From: an uncultured Cytophagia bacterium
GTDB taxonomy: Bacteria > Zhuqueibacterota > Zhuqueibacteria > Thermofontimicrobiales > Thermofontimicrobiaceae
DNA: 64,000 bases
Direction of reading: 5' to 3'
NCBI GenBank assembly: GCA_964472785.1
Contig: CAYYMH010000004.1
Span: forward strand, 389-64,388
Shown here: one piece after another, positions 10,097 through 20,323 of the stretch
Numbering within the stretch: the stretch's first letter is position 1
Layout of the letters: each line of letters starts with the position of its first letter
Program-made: the position numbers and the translations under genes
The notes under the pieces: model-generated
What the model saw: the letters and a program-made list of their open reading frames with translations, nothing else
The model's database searches: none
Told to the model about the DNA's origin: nothing

Positions 10097-10684
10097 TTAT
10101 CCTTTATCATAAAAAATCACATTCTTTTTTAAAAATCCGGCTATGTCTTTCAACGGTAAAACAAAATCAATATTCGTCGTCTGAATAGCGGATTTTGGCA
10201 TCATATCCGCTTCCGCAGTCTCGGGATCCTGCACAATAACAGTCCCACCGAATCGTTTTATCTTTCGAACACCTTCACTGCCGTCTTTATTTGCACCGGT
10301 TAAAATAACACCAACAAGTTTATCCTGATAAACTTCCGCTGCGGTCTCAAACAATACATCTATCGAGGGACGCGAATAACTCACACTATCACAAACTGAC
10401 AATGAGAAGGTTCGGTTGTGCTCGATCAATAAATGATAATTCGCCGGCGCAAAGTAAATATGACCGGGCAAAACCACTTCTTTCTCATCGACTTGTGAGA
10501 CGGCGTATTCCGTTTTGCGTCCCAGATCCCGAATTAAGAAATTATCCGAATGCGGATGCAGATGTTGTACAATAATGATCGGAACCTTTAAAGTTTCCGG
10601 CAAATTTGGAATGATCGCCCTCAAGGCATCCATTCCGCCTGCAGACACGCCAATTACGATTGCTTCGCTGTAGATTTTTTTCAT
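10097..10684 (-). CDS. cheB: Stand-alone CheB-type methylesterase
   Basis: GVSAGG, VQH and GANKDG triad motifs; RPSIDVLF; no receiver domain. Confidence 0.9.
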   Translation of the reverse strand: MKKIYSEAIVIGVSAGGMDALRAIIPNLPETLKVPIIIVQHLHPHSDNFLIRDLGRKTEYAVSQVDEKEVVLPGHIYFAPANYHLLIEHNRTFSLSVCDSVSYSRPSIDVLFETAAEVYQDKLVGVILTGANKDGSEGVRKIKRFGGTVIVQDPETAEADMMPKSAIQTTNIDFVLPLKDIAGFLKKNVIFYDKG

Positions 10685-10692
10685 GTTCGAAT

Positions 10693-11517
10693 TTAGCTGA
10701 TTTTTCGATAAATTTTTGCTCTCTCCACCACAGTTTCAAAATTTTTCGCGTATTCAGAAAACATCAGAGTTTCTTTGGATCCAAGACCTAAAAACCCGAG
10801 ATGGCACAGGCTCTCTCGAAAAAGTCCGATCACACGACTTTGCAATTCCCGCTGAAAATAGATCAGCACATTTCGGCAAACAATTAAATTCATTTCACCA
10901 AAAACACCGTCTATCGCCAAATTATGGTCGGAGAATACAATATTCTTTTTAAGTGACTGTTTTATTACAGCGGAATCATACCCGGCTGTATAATATTCGG
11001 CGAATGATTCCGTCCCACCGGCCTTTTGATAATTGTAAGTATAATCTTTGATCTGATCTAACGGTATGATTCCCTGTTTCGCCCGATCCAGTATCACTTC
11101 ATTAAAATCCGTGGCGTAAAGCTGAGTTTTATCGTACAATCCCTCCTCATTGAGAAGGATTGCCATGGAATAGACTTCTTCACCAGTTGCGCAGCCAGCG
11201 TGCCAGATCTTTATAAATGGATAGGTCTTTAAAACCGGAATCACTTCTTTTCGAATTTCTCTATAAAAAAATGGATCACGAAACATTTGAGTGACATTAA
11301 TGGAAAGATCGAGCAGCAAGGTCTCGAAAAAATTTAGATCATTAAGCAAGCGATGTTGCATTTCCGAAATTGAATTCAAACCCGATAAAGACAGTCGGTG
11401 CTGAATCCTCCTTTTTAAAGAAGCACGGGAATACAATCGAAAATCGTAGCCGTACTTTTGGTAGATAGCTTCCAACAACAATTCAACTTCGATATTCTCA
11501 TTTTCAATATGATTCAT
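10693..11517 (-). CDS. cheR: CheR-type protein-glutamate methyltransferase
   Basis: INVTQMFRD, WHAGCATGEEVYS, CRNVLIYF; start set at ATG 11517. Confidence 0.92.
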   Translation of the reverse strand: MNHIENENIEVELLLEAIYQKYGYDFRLYSRASLKRRIQHRLSLSGLNSISEMQHRLLNDLNFFETLLLDLSINVTQMFRDPFFYREIRKEVIPVLKTYPFIKIWHAGCATGEEVYSMAILLNEEGLYDKTQLYATDFNEVILDRAKQGIIPLDQIKDYTYNYQKAGGTESFAEYYTAGYDSAVIKQSLKKNIVFSDHNLAIDGVFGEMNLIVCRNVLIYFQRELQSRVIGLFRESLCHLGFLGLGSKETLMFSEYAKNFETVVERAKIYRKIS

Positions 11518-11584
11518 AAATTCCTTTGTCCGGATTTTTAAACGATCCTTTGGCCAAACCTTTTTGATCGCTGTGATTTGACGA

Positions 11585-14500
11585 TTAACGGTATAGCCAA
11601 ACACGGAGCATGGACAATAATTTGTCATTATCCACAGGTTTTGATAAATAATCATTAGCTCCGGCTTCAATACATTTTGTTCGGTCGCCCTTCATCGCTT
11701 TTGCAGTTAAGGCAATGATCGGAATCTTTTTATTGGTTCCGTCTTTTCGGATGCGCCGCATAGCTTCGTAACCATCCATTTCCGGCATCATAATATCCAT
11801 TAAAACGAGATCGACGTCCTTGTTTTCATCAAGTAGCTTTAAACCTTCGCGTCCATTTTTAGCAATGACCGCTTTCATACCCCGTTCTTCGAGCAAATTT
11901 GAGATGGCGAATACGTTCCGCATATCATCATCTACCAACAGTATTTTTTTGTTTTGGAATAACTGATCTTTGTCATGAATCATGCGTAAGATTCGTTGCT
12001 TTTCTTCGGGTAAATTTTTCTCAACCCGGTGCAAAAATAGTGTAACTTCATCAAATAACCGGTCCTGGGAACGAACTCCTTTGATGATGATGCTTTCCGC
12101 GTGTTTCTTCAATTTGGACTCTTCCTGTCGCGAAATCTCTTTGCCGGTGTAAATAATTATCGGTATATGTGAAATTGCTTTCTCTGACTCAATCATTTGC
12201 AGCAATTCAAAACCGGAAATATCTTTCAACCCCAAATCCAAAATCATACAATCGTATTTGTTTGTTTTGAGCAACTCAAACGCTTCTTTACCGCTACCGG
12301 TTGCAGTCGAATGAACATCATTATTCCCGATCAATTCAATTATACTCTGACTATGCTTTTCGTCATCCTCCACAACCAGTAAGTTTTTAATCGTTTTCGA
12401 GATCATTTCTTCAATTTTGTTAAATGCCTCCTCCAATCCTTCCATCGATACCGGTTTGCTCAAAAATCCAATCGCTCCCATCCGCAAAGCTTCCATTGAT
12501 TTATCCGAAGCAGACATGAAATGGACCGGAATATGACGGGTTTCTGAATTATCTTTTAGCCGCTGCATAACCGTCCATCCGTCAATGTCCGGCAAGCCGA
12601 TATCCAGAATAATCGCATCCGGTTTGTATTCCTCAGCCAGCCCTAACCCTCTTTTACCGGTTTTCGCAATGAGACATTTAAAGTTTTTCTCATGCCCAAT
12701 CTCAATCAATATTTTGGCAAATTTCACGTCATCTTCGATTATAAGAATGGTGCGATCATTTTTGCTGATGATTTTTCGGTCATCAAGTCCCCCGGAAAAA
12801 TCTTCATCTTTGCCATTATCAGGAACTTCAGTGCTTTGCTCAGGATCAGTATCTGGTTTGCTTGCTTTGTAAATTTCAGATCGGAACTCTGCTTCCCCCG
12901 TTTCTATGGTTTCGGTTGATTCAATATTTGAGAAATAAAAAGTGAATGTGCTTCCTTTGCCGGCTTCACTTTTTAATTGTATTTCACCTCCCAGCAGATG
13001 AGCCATTTCTTTGGCAATGGACAACCCCAGTCCGGTACCTCCATATTTCCGGCTGGTCGTGCCGTCTTCCTGTTGAAATGCTTCGAAAATCAACTGCTGC
13101 TTCTCTTTGGAAATTCCTTTTCCGGTATCGTTTACCGAAATGGCAACTGCATCGGAAGGATTTAATCCACTGTTAGACAAGTCCGTATTCTTATCCACTT
13201 TCGTAAAATCTATTGTGATTGAACCTTTCTCAGTAAACTTGATGGCATTGGAGAGAAAATTTTTAATTACCTGCTTAACACGTTGCTCGTCAGTCCGAAT
13301 CGACTCGGGTAATTTATCATCAAGATTCAAACGAAATTTCAATCCCTTTTCCTCAATCAGATGCCGATAATTTTTTTCAATATCCTGAGCGCATTCTTTT
13401 AAATCAACATGTTCAACATTTAATTCAAGCTTTCCGGACTCGACCTTGGCGAGGTCTAAAATCTCATTGATGATATTTAACAGTTCGGTTCCGGCAGCAT
13501 GAATGGTATTGGCAAATTCGACCTGTTTATCGGTAAGATTTTTATCTTTATTCTGGAAAAGAATTTTTGAAAGAATTAACAGACTGTTCAGCGGCGTTCT
13601 GAGCTCATGAGACATATTGGCTAAAAATTCGGATTTGTATTTGCTGGTAATTTCTAATTGTTTTGCGCGTTCTTCCAGTAAATTTTGTGCGTTTTCTAAT
13701 TCTTTGTTTTTGTTTCGTATGTCTTCTTTTTGTTCTTCCAGACTCTGGGTCTTCTCTTCCAGTTCTTCGTTCGTCTGCCGCAACTCTTCTTGCTGAGCCT
13801 GAAGCTTTGCTTCCGACTCTTTGAGATATTTCGCTTGTTCCTCCAATTCTTCGTTAGTCTGGCGATGCTCTTCCTGTTGTGTCTGAAGTTCTTCGGCTTG
13901 CTGCTGCGATTTTTCCAGTAATTCCTGCAATCGTGAGCGTGATTCTGCAGTATTAAAATTAATGGCGATATTCTCGCTTGCTTGATCCAAAAATTCAATT
14001 TGCTGTTCGGTGAACTCTTGAAATGAACCTAATTCAATCACACCTTTTACATCCCCTTCATAAACAAACGGAACCGCTAAAATATTTTTGGGTGATGCCT
14101 CTCCGAGTCCGGAATTTATTTTGACGTAATCATCCGGAATATTGCTAATCAAAATGGGCTTCTTTTCCAACGCCGCCTGACCGATGATGCCTTCGCCTTT
14201 TTTGTACTGGTTCGAAAGGTTTTTTCGCTTTGTAAAAGCATAACTTCCGACCAAATCGAAAGTGCTGTTATGCGAGTTCAGGTAAATCCCACCAATCTGG
14301 GTATTTAAGTATTCAGCCAGAAAGCTGATAATATTTTGAGCCAATGTGACTTGTTCCTGTTCGCCACGCATTCTATTGTTCAGCTCTGCCATTCCTGTTT
14401 TAAGCCAATTTTGTTTTGTGTTTTCATCCGTGGTTTCTTTCAACGATTTGGTCATTGCATTCAGAGAGTTGACTAATTCATCTTTGTCTGACCGGGGCTG

Positions 14501-15394
14501 TAGTTTTGCCGAATAATTACCTTTGGCGATCTTATTGGCATGACTGATTGTTTCTTCCATGCTTAATTTCATCTGTTGTATCGAATCAGCTAACTGTCCG
14601 ATCTCATCTTTCGCCTTGATATCGATTTTGATGGTTAAATCGCCAACAGCCAATTTGTTAACAATTTTAAGCAGCAGATTGGAAGGTCTGGTAATGTTCA
14701 TCGAAATATAGCGTATCAATAAAATGATAATCCCGCCCAAAATAAAAATCGATGCGATTAAACCTAAAAACAATAACCTCTTTGCAAACTGGTTAATTTC
14801 CTCAATTGATTCTGCAAACGAATTTTCTAAAAACACCATGCGTTCGATCGCTCTTTCGAGTTCTTGTAACATCACTTCATTCGGTGACTCAAGATATGCT
14901 GACATAACTTCTTTCAATCTTCTTCCATTCTCAACACCATTTTTTGCCGCTTCAATGCTGTTTCTGAATTGCGTGTTATTGATCGAATGCAGCAAAAAAA
15001 TTCGGCTTGCCAGCAGCTCAGCTATTTCCCGGTTTTTGAGTATTTTCTTGTAAGTAACATATAGCCGATCCACAAATTCTTCATTTGACGTCTCCGCCAA
15101 AATATCGTCGATGTCACCGAAAAACGCCGTCAATTTGTTCGCTTCATCCAGATAATTATAGGCTTTATCCAGAGCGTCCTTGTCATTGGTTGCTAAATAC
15201 CGGTAAAATAATTGAATACTGGTATAATAAGCAACATTGACTCGTCGTTCACCGTTTAAAATGACACTGACAACATGGCTGGTATTGAGAAAATAATGGG
15301 AAATAATGCCCAGAAAAACTAAACTCATTAAAGCAATGAGCATAATAAGATTCAGCTTATTTTTAATTTTCAGATCGATAAACCACTTTTTCAT
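11585..15394 (-). CDS. Membrane hybrid kinase: TM-sensor-TM-HAMP-GAF-coiled coil-HisKA-HATPase-3xREC
   Basis: Two TM segments, HAMP (DEIGQLA), GAF, FLANMSHELRTPL, GGTGLGL, three receivers; GGAGG RBS before ATG 15394. Confidence 0.92.
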   Translation of the reverse strand: MKKWFIDLKIKNKLNLIMLIALMSLVFLGIISHYFLNTSHVVSVILNGERRVNVAYYTSIQLFYRYLATNDKDALDKAYNYLDEANKLTAFFGDIDDILAETSNEEFVDRLYVTYKKILKNREIAELLASRIFLLHSINNTQFRNSIEAAKNGVENGRRLKEVMSAYLESPNEVMLQELERAIERMVFLENSFAESIEEINQFAKRLLFLGLIASIFILGGIIILLIRYISMNITRPSNLLLKIVNKLAVGDLTIKIDIKAKDEIGQLADSIQQMKLSMEETISHANKIAKGNYSAKLQPRSDKDELVNSLNAMTKSLKETTDENTKQNWLKTGMAELNNRMRGEQEQVTLAQNIISFLAEYLNTQIGGIYLNSHNSTFDLVGSYAFTKRKNLSNQYKKGEGIIGQAALEKKPILISNIPDDYVKINSGLGEASPKNILAVPFVYEGDVKGVIELGSFQEFTEQQIEFLDQASENIAINFNTAESRSRLQELLEKSQQQAEELQTQQEEHRQTNEELEEQAKYLKESEAKLQAQQEELRQTNEELEEKTQSLEEQKEDIRNKNKELENAQNLLEERAKQLEITSKYKSEFLANMSHELRTPLNSLLILSKILFQNKDKNLTDKQVEFANTIHAAGTELLNIINEILDLAKVESGKLELNVEHVDLKECAQDIEKNYRHLIEEKGLKFRLNLDDKLPESIRTDEQRVKQVIKNFLSNAIKFTEKGSITIDFTKVDKNTDLSNSGLNPSDAVAISVNDTGKGISKEKQQLIFEAFQQEDGTTSRKYGGTGLGLSIAKEMAHLLGGEIQLKSEAGKGSTFTFYFSNIESTETIETGEAEFRSEIYKASKPDTDPEQSTEVPDNGKDEDFSGGLDDRKIISKNDRTILIIEDDVKFAKILIEIGHEKNFKCLIAKTGKRGLGLAEEYKPDAIILDIGLPDIDGWTVMQRLKDNSETRHIPVHFMSASDKSMEALRMGAIGFLSKPVSMEGLEEAFNKIEEMISKTIKNLLVVEDDEKHSQSIIELIGNNDVHSTATGSGKEAFELLKTNKYDCMILDLGLKDISGFELLQMIESEKAISHIPIIIYTGKEISRQEESKLKKHAESIIIKGVRSQDRLFDEVTLFLHRVEKNLPEEKQRILRMIHDKDQLFQNKKILLVDDDMRNVFAISNLLEERGMKAVIAKNGREGLKLLDENKDVDLVLMDIMMPEMDGYEAMRRIRKDGTNKKIPIIALTAKAMKGDRTKCIEAGANDYLSKPVDNDKLLSMLRVWLYR

Positions 15395-15616
15395 AAAACC
15401 TCCGGTGAGATTTAGTATCAACTCGATAAAATCATTGTCATAAAAAGTTCTGTGACCTTTTAGTCAAAATTTCATTTTGCTGCTCAGAAGAAAAACCACA
15501 GTTTTCAAATTGTAATATTTTAAAAAAATTAGAGAAGAAATCCATTTAATTTTAGATGTAACTGCTTAAAAAACATAATTGCAAAAACTTAACTATCTTA
15601 TGTTTCTATAATTCAG

Positions 15617-15632
15617 GCAACATTTGTGCCAA
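15617..15632 (-). promoter_or_regulatory. sigma54 (-24/-12) promoter
   Basis: TTGGCAC-AAATG-TTGC on the minus strand with exact spacing, about 220 bp upstream of the hybrid kinase. Confidence 0.7.
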
Positions 15633-15826
15633 TTGGTTGATTTTAATGGAGTAGTGATTTTACAAAAAGGTGTAAGCGATGTTGTCTAAACCTGTCAGGA
15701 GTGACACGTGATTTTGGCAGGGAAATGATAACTTTATTAGTCTTACACAGTGTATTTAATGGGACAATGATAGGATAAAGGAAAATCCTACCATCGTCAA
15801 ACAGAATCGGTTTATATGCGGTGTGG

Positions 15827-16192
15827 TTATTTCAATAATTCATCAATCATATTCAACAGCTCTTTTCGTTCAAATGGTTTTGATAGTGTGCGATGTGCGC
15901 CCAATTTTTCTGCAATTTCCAGATAATCGTTGGGCAACACGCTTCCGCCACCTGAAACGGCGATGATTTTTAAATCGGGGTAGTCGTTTTTCAAGTCCAG
16001 AATTAAGCCGATTCCTTCTTTATTCGGCATAATGATATCCGTGATAATCAAATCAAAAGGCTGATCCTGTTGCTTACGCATACCATCTTCCCCATCGTAA
16101 GCCACTTCAATCTCATATCCGGCACGTTTCAAAGTGTGGAGCATCATATTCCTGAATTGATCATCATCATCAATGACTAAAATACGTTTCAT
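15827..16192 (-). CDS. Single-domain response regulator
   Basis: IDDD, ITDIIMP, VSGG, KPF. Confidence 0.92.
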   Translation of the reverse strand: MKRILVIDDDDQFRNMMLHTLKRAGYEIEVAYDGEDGMRKQQDQPFDLIITDIIMPNKEGIGLILDLKNDYPDLKIIAVSGGGSVLPNDYLEIAEKLGAHRTLSKPFERKELLNMIDELLK

Positions 16193-16204
16193 GTTTAAAA
16201 TTCC

Positions 16205-19200
16205 TTATTTCTTTTTCATCACTTTGGATGCGCTGTCGCTGTTGCCATTTCTTTTATTTAGAACATCTCCAATGTTTTTTAAAAGTTCATTCCTGAATAA
16301 AGGCTTCTCCAAAAACGCTTTAATACCCATTTTGGCAGCCCTTTTTTCGTCGATCACATCGCTGAAGCCCGTGCAAAGAAAAATCGGCATGTCAGGACGG
16401 ATGTTAAGTATTTTTGAAGCAAGCTCCTTCCCTGTCATTTTTGGCATTGTCTGATCAGTAATAACCAAATCAAATTTATCCGGGTTTCGTTTAAAAATCT
16501 TTAACGCTTGCAAGCTACTTGTCGTGCTGACAACTTTATAGCCATGACGTTCCAAAGCAATCCGGTTAGATTCTACCAGGCTTTTCTCATCGTCAACAAA
16601 CAGAATACAGCCTTCCCCGTCTTCAGGTCCCTCCTCGATATCTTTGGATTCTTTTACCCCTTTTTTTTCAGTGAGTGGTAGAAAAATGTTGAACGTAGTT
16701 CCGATACCCAATTCACTGTAAACCGTAATTTCTCCGTTGTGGATTTTTACAATACCATGAACCAGAGCTAACCCCATTCCAGCACCGTCTCCACTCTTCT
16801 TGGTTGTAAAATATGGATCAAAAATGCGATCCATAATTTGAGAATCGATGCCTTGTCCGGTATCACGCACCGAAAGTTTCACGAATCGTCCCGGTTTCAG
16901 TTCCTGAAATTGTTTGGCGTCCTCTTTACTGATTTCAACCTCTTTCAATCCAACATCCAATATTCCGCGTTTTTCCTTCATCGCATAAGCTGCGTTGTTG
17001 CACAGATTAAAAACGAGTTGATGAATCTGAATTGGATCGGCAAGCACCAGACTCGATTTGGCAGTAATATTATGTTTAATCTCAATCGTCGATGGCAAAG
17101 AGGCTCGCAGTAATTTCAATGCTTCTTTCACAATCAAACTAATCTGCAGCGGCACCCGTTCTTTCTCACTCTGTCTTGCAAAAGCAACGATTTGTTTTAT
17201 CAAATCTTTAGCCCGCTGACTCGCCTTCATGACCTGTTTAAGATAATCCTTTGTTGGTTCATTGACCACATCATCCAAAGCGAGTTCTGTGTACCCGCTG
17301 ATCGCACCAACGATATTGTTAAAATCATGAGCAATCCCGCCAGCAAGTGTTCCGATCGCTTCCATTTTCTGCGCCTGACGCAGCTTTCTTTCCATCTCCA
17401 AATGCTCGGAAACATCTCGTTGAACAGAAACATAATTTATTATTTTCCCTCTGTCATCAAAGATGGGTGAAATGGCGACGTCTTCCTCATACAAAGTACC
17501 ACATTTTCTTTTGTTTGTAATTCGTCCTGTCCAGGTTTTTCCAGTGGAAATCGTATCCCATAAATCCTTATAAAAGGAATTGCTGTGTTTTCTGCTTTTA
17601 ATGATATTAGGGGTTTTATTAACAGCCTCATCGTAAGAAAAACCGGTTGTTTTTTCAAAAGCCGGGTTTACATATTGGATTGTGGCATTTTCGTCAGTAA
17701 TAATGATGGCTTCTGCCGCAGAGTTGATCGCTGTCGCCAGTCGTACCCTCTCTTCTTCCGCTTTTTTACGTTCTATTGCCAAAGCAATCTGATCGGAAAC
17801 AAATTCCAAAATCTTTAAATGTTCTTTCGTGTAAAGCGATTCATCTTTATAACTCTGCAAGGCGATGACACCGATTACATCGCGCCCTGTCTTCAAAGGA
17901 ACACCCATCCACACTTTCGACAGTTCGCCAACAATTTCGACCACGCCTTCTTTAACCATTTCCTTCATTCGGTCATGAGTAGCCAATAATGGTTTTTTGG
18001 TCTTTATCACATAAGATGTAAAAGTTTTACCAATCGGAAATTCTTTAAATTTATCCTTCTCATCCACATGGTAAGGCAAGGTTATCGACTTGTTTTTTTG
18101 ATTGTAGAGTGCGATATAAAAATTGGTGGTGTCAATAACTCTGCCTAAATGATTTTGAATCGACTTGAATAATTCCTGTAAATTCCCGGTAACATTGACC
18201 GCTTCGGAAATCTCATACAACACTTCCTGAATTTCCTGGCTTCGTTTCTGCTCAGTAATATCCTGAATCATGCCAAAGACAAATTTGGGGGTGCCTGAAG
18301 CATCTTTGAATAATGAAGATGTCAGAATTGCCCATACGACCTTCTTATCTTTTCTGATAAACGGTTTAATAATCTGATAGGATTCACGTTTGCCTTCGAT
18401 TAACTCCCAGAATAGTTTCTCCTCTGTTTTATAGTCATCCGGATCGGAGATTTTTTTCATATTTAGCTTTTTGAGCTCATCTTCACTGTATCCAACCATT
18501 TTCTGAAAAGCCGGATTAAATTGAGTGGTCTTATTTATCAAATCAATAAGTGCAATACCAATAGCAGAACTTTCGAACAAGGTGCGAAATCGTTCTTCGT
18601 TTTCTTTTAAAGCCTCCTCTGCCTTTTTGCGTTCAGTAATGTCTCGTGAAATACCACAGAGCCCGATAATTTTCCCAGCGTGGCTGCGCATCGGCGCTTT
18701 GACGATATGAAATGTCTTGCGCTGATTATTCACAATTTCGGTCAGTTCTTCTGAAATGATCTCACCCTGAAGTACTTTGAGATCGGCGTCCCGAATTTTT
18801 TTCGCTTTCTCTGCGCTAAATAATTCATCATCGGTATAACCTCTTATTTCTGAGCTGGATTTACCCAACCGTTTCTCCATAGCTGGGTTTACATGCGTGT
18901 AAGCCCTAAATTGATCTTTAATAAAAATGCGATCCGGGGAAGTCTGAATCAGCGTTCTAAACCTCTCCTCACTTTCTCGCAGCGCTTCCTCGCCTCGTTT
19001 CTGGGCGATATAATTGGTGACGATGCCGACCGCCTCACCAATCAGGCTTTTTAAATCATCGGTCCATTCAAATTCTCTGTCTTTTTTTCTGCATACGTCA
19101 AAACTCAGTATTCCCTCTAACTCTCCATTCTGATAGTACGGCACAATTAACACCGATTCCAAATCATATTTCTTAATAAAACTTTTAATAATTGGCTTGG

Positions 19201-20317
19201 CCAAGGGGTACAATGCTTTAGGTATATAATCTAAAACAGTCTCTTCTGTGAGTAATGTCATGTCTCTGTCAAGCAGAAAATTCACCATTTTCGCTGGCAG
19301 TGTGTCATTCAGAGAAGATTTCAGACCAGGTCTGCACCATTCAATAATACATTTGAACTTTCCATCTTCTAAAAAATTACCATACAATCTATTGTAACTC
19401 ACACGGCCGACATCAAGAGCTGGACCGATTTCATCCAACATTTTCTGAATGATCTGATCTTCCTTCAACGATTTATCCGAAGCCAATTTCCATAAATTTG
19501 CCCGGAGCACATTATGCCGATTTTGTCGAGCAAGGTATTGTTGCGCTTTTCTTCTCTCTGTATTATCCTGGAAAACGAGCACCACTCCGGTAATTTCCTG
19601 CTTGTCATTCATAATTGGTGATGCATTCTGAAGTATCGGGCGTTTGGTTCCATCTTTTGAAACCAACAAAGTCTCATTCGCCAGATCGCCTGTGGTTTTC
19701 TGATTGATCAAACTTTTTACAGGATCGTCAAGGATTGCACCGGTTTTCTCATGAATAATTTTAAAAACATCACTCAGATCATTATCCAACGCGTCAATCT
19801 GCTTCCAGCCGGTCAATTTCTCTGCAACCGGATTCAAAAATCTGATTTTTCCCTTTTTATCGGTTGCAATAACACCGTCCCCAATACTCTTCAAGGTAAT
19901 GGATAACCAGCGCTCATTTTCTTTGAGCTTTTTGTCCATCTTATGTTTATACAGCGCCATTTCAATAGTCGATGCCAGCTCCCGCTCTTCAAACGGCTTA
20001 AGTACATACCCGAATGGTTCGGTAATCTTTGCCCGTTCCAGTGTATCGTCATCGGCAAAAGCAGTCAAGTAAATAACAGGAATATCGTGCTCTTTCCGGA
20101 TAATATCCGCAGCTTCAATTCCATCCATTTCTGATCGGAGATGAATATCCATCAAAATCAGGTGGGGCGATAGCTTACCGACCTGTTTTACAGCTTCCTC
20201 CCCGGTTGCCAGCGTTTTAACAACTTCATAACCTAAATTTTCCACCCGGTCCTGAATTTCCAAAGCAGTGATATTCTCATCTTCAACAATCAATATTTTA
20301 CGTTTCTTCGACATCAT
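16205..20317 (-). CDS. Cytoplasmic hybrid kinase REC-PAS-GAF-PAS-PAS-GAF-PAS-HisKA-HATPase-REC (CckA/NtrB-type H-box)
   Basis: QKMEAIGTLAGGIAHDFNN, DPYFTTK, GAGMGL; receivers at both termini. Confidence 0.92.
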   Translation of the reverse strand: MMSKKRKILIVEDENITALEIQDRVENLGYEVVKTLATGEEAVKQVGKLSPHLILMDIHLRSEMDGIEAADIIRKEHDIPVIYLTAFADDDTLERAKITEPFGYVLKPFEERELASTIEMALYKHKMDKKLKENERWLSITLKSIGDGVIATDKKGKIRFLNPVAEKLTGWKQIDALDNDLSDVFKIIHEKTGAILDDPVKSLINQKTTGDLANETLLVSKDGTKRPILQNASPIMNDKQEITGVVLVFQDNTERRKAQQYLARQNRHNVLRANLWKLASDKSLKEDQIIQKMLDEIGPALDVGRVSYNRLYGNFLEDGKFKCIIEWCRPGLKSSLNDTLPAKMVNFLLDRDMTLLTEETVLDYIPKALYPLAKPIIKSFIKKYDLESVLIVPYYQNGELEGILSFDVCRKKDREFEWTDDLKSLIGEAVGIVTNYIAQKRGEEALRESEERFRTLIQTSPDRIFIKDQFRAYTHVNPAMEKRLGKSSSEIRGYTDDELFSAEKAKKIRDADLKVLQGEIISEELTEIVNNQRKTFHIVKAPMRSHAGKIIGLCGISRDITERKKAEEALKENEERFRTLFESSAIGIALIDLINKTTQFNPAFQKMVGYSEDELKKLNMKKISDPDDYKTEEKLFWELIEGKRESYQIIKPFIRKDKKVVWAILTSSLFKDASGTPKFVFGMIQDITEQKRSQEIQEVLYEISEAVNVTGNLQELFKSIQNHLGRVIDTTNFYIALYNQKNKSITLPYHVDEKDKFKEFPIGKTFTSYVIKTKKPLLATHDRMKEMVKEGVVEIVGELSKVWMGVPLKTGRDVIGVIALQSYKDESLYTKEHLKILEFVSDQIALAIERKKAEEERVRLATAINSAAEAIIITDENATIQYVNPAFEKTTGFSYDEAVNKTPNIIKSRKHSNSFYKDLWDTISTGKTWTGRITNKRKCGTLYEEDVAISPIFDDRGKIINYVSVQRDVSEHLEMERKLRQAQKMEAIGTLAGGIAHDFNNIVGAISGYTELALDDVVNEPTKDYLKQVMKASQRAKDLIKQIVAFARQSEKERVPLQISLIVKEALKLLRASLPSTIEIKHNITAKSSLVLADPIQIHQLVFNLCNNAAYAMKEKRGILDVGLKEVEISKEDAKQFQELKPGRFVKLSVRDTGQGIDSQIMDRIFDPYFTTKKSGDGAGMGLALVHGIVKIHNGEITVYSELGIGTTFNIFLPLTEKKGVKESKDIEEGPEDGEGCILFVDDEKSLVESNRIALERHGYKVVSTTSSLQALKIFKRNPDKFDLVITDQTMPKMTGKELASKILNIRPDMPIFLCTGFSDVIDEKRAAKMGIKAFLEKPLFRNELLKNIGDVLNKRNGNSDSASKVMKKK

Positions 20318-20323
20318 AAACTC

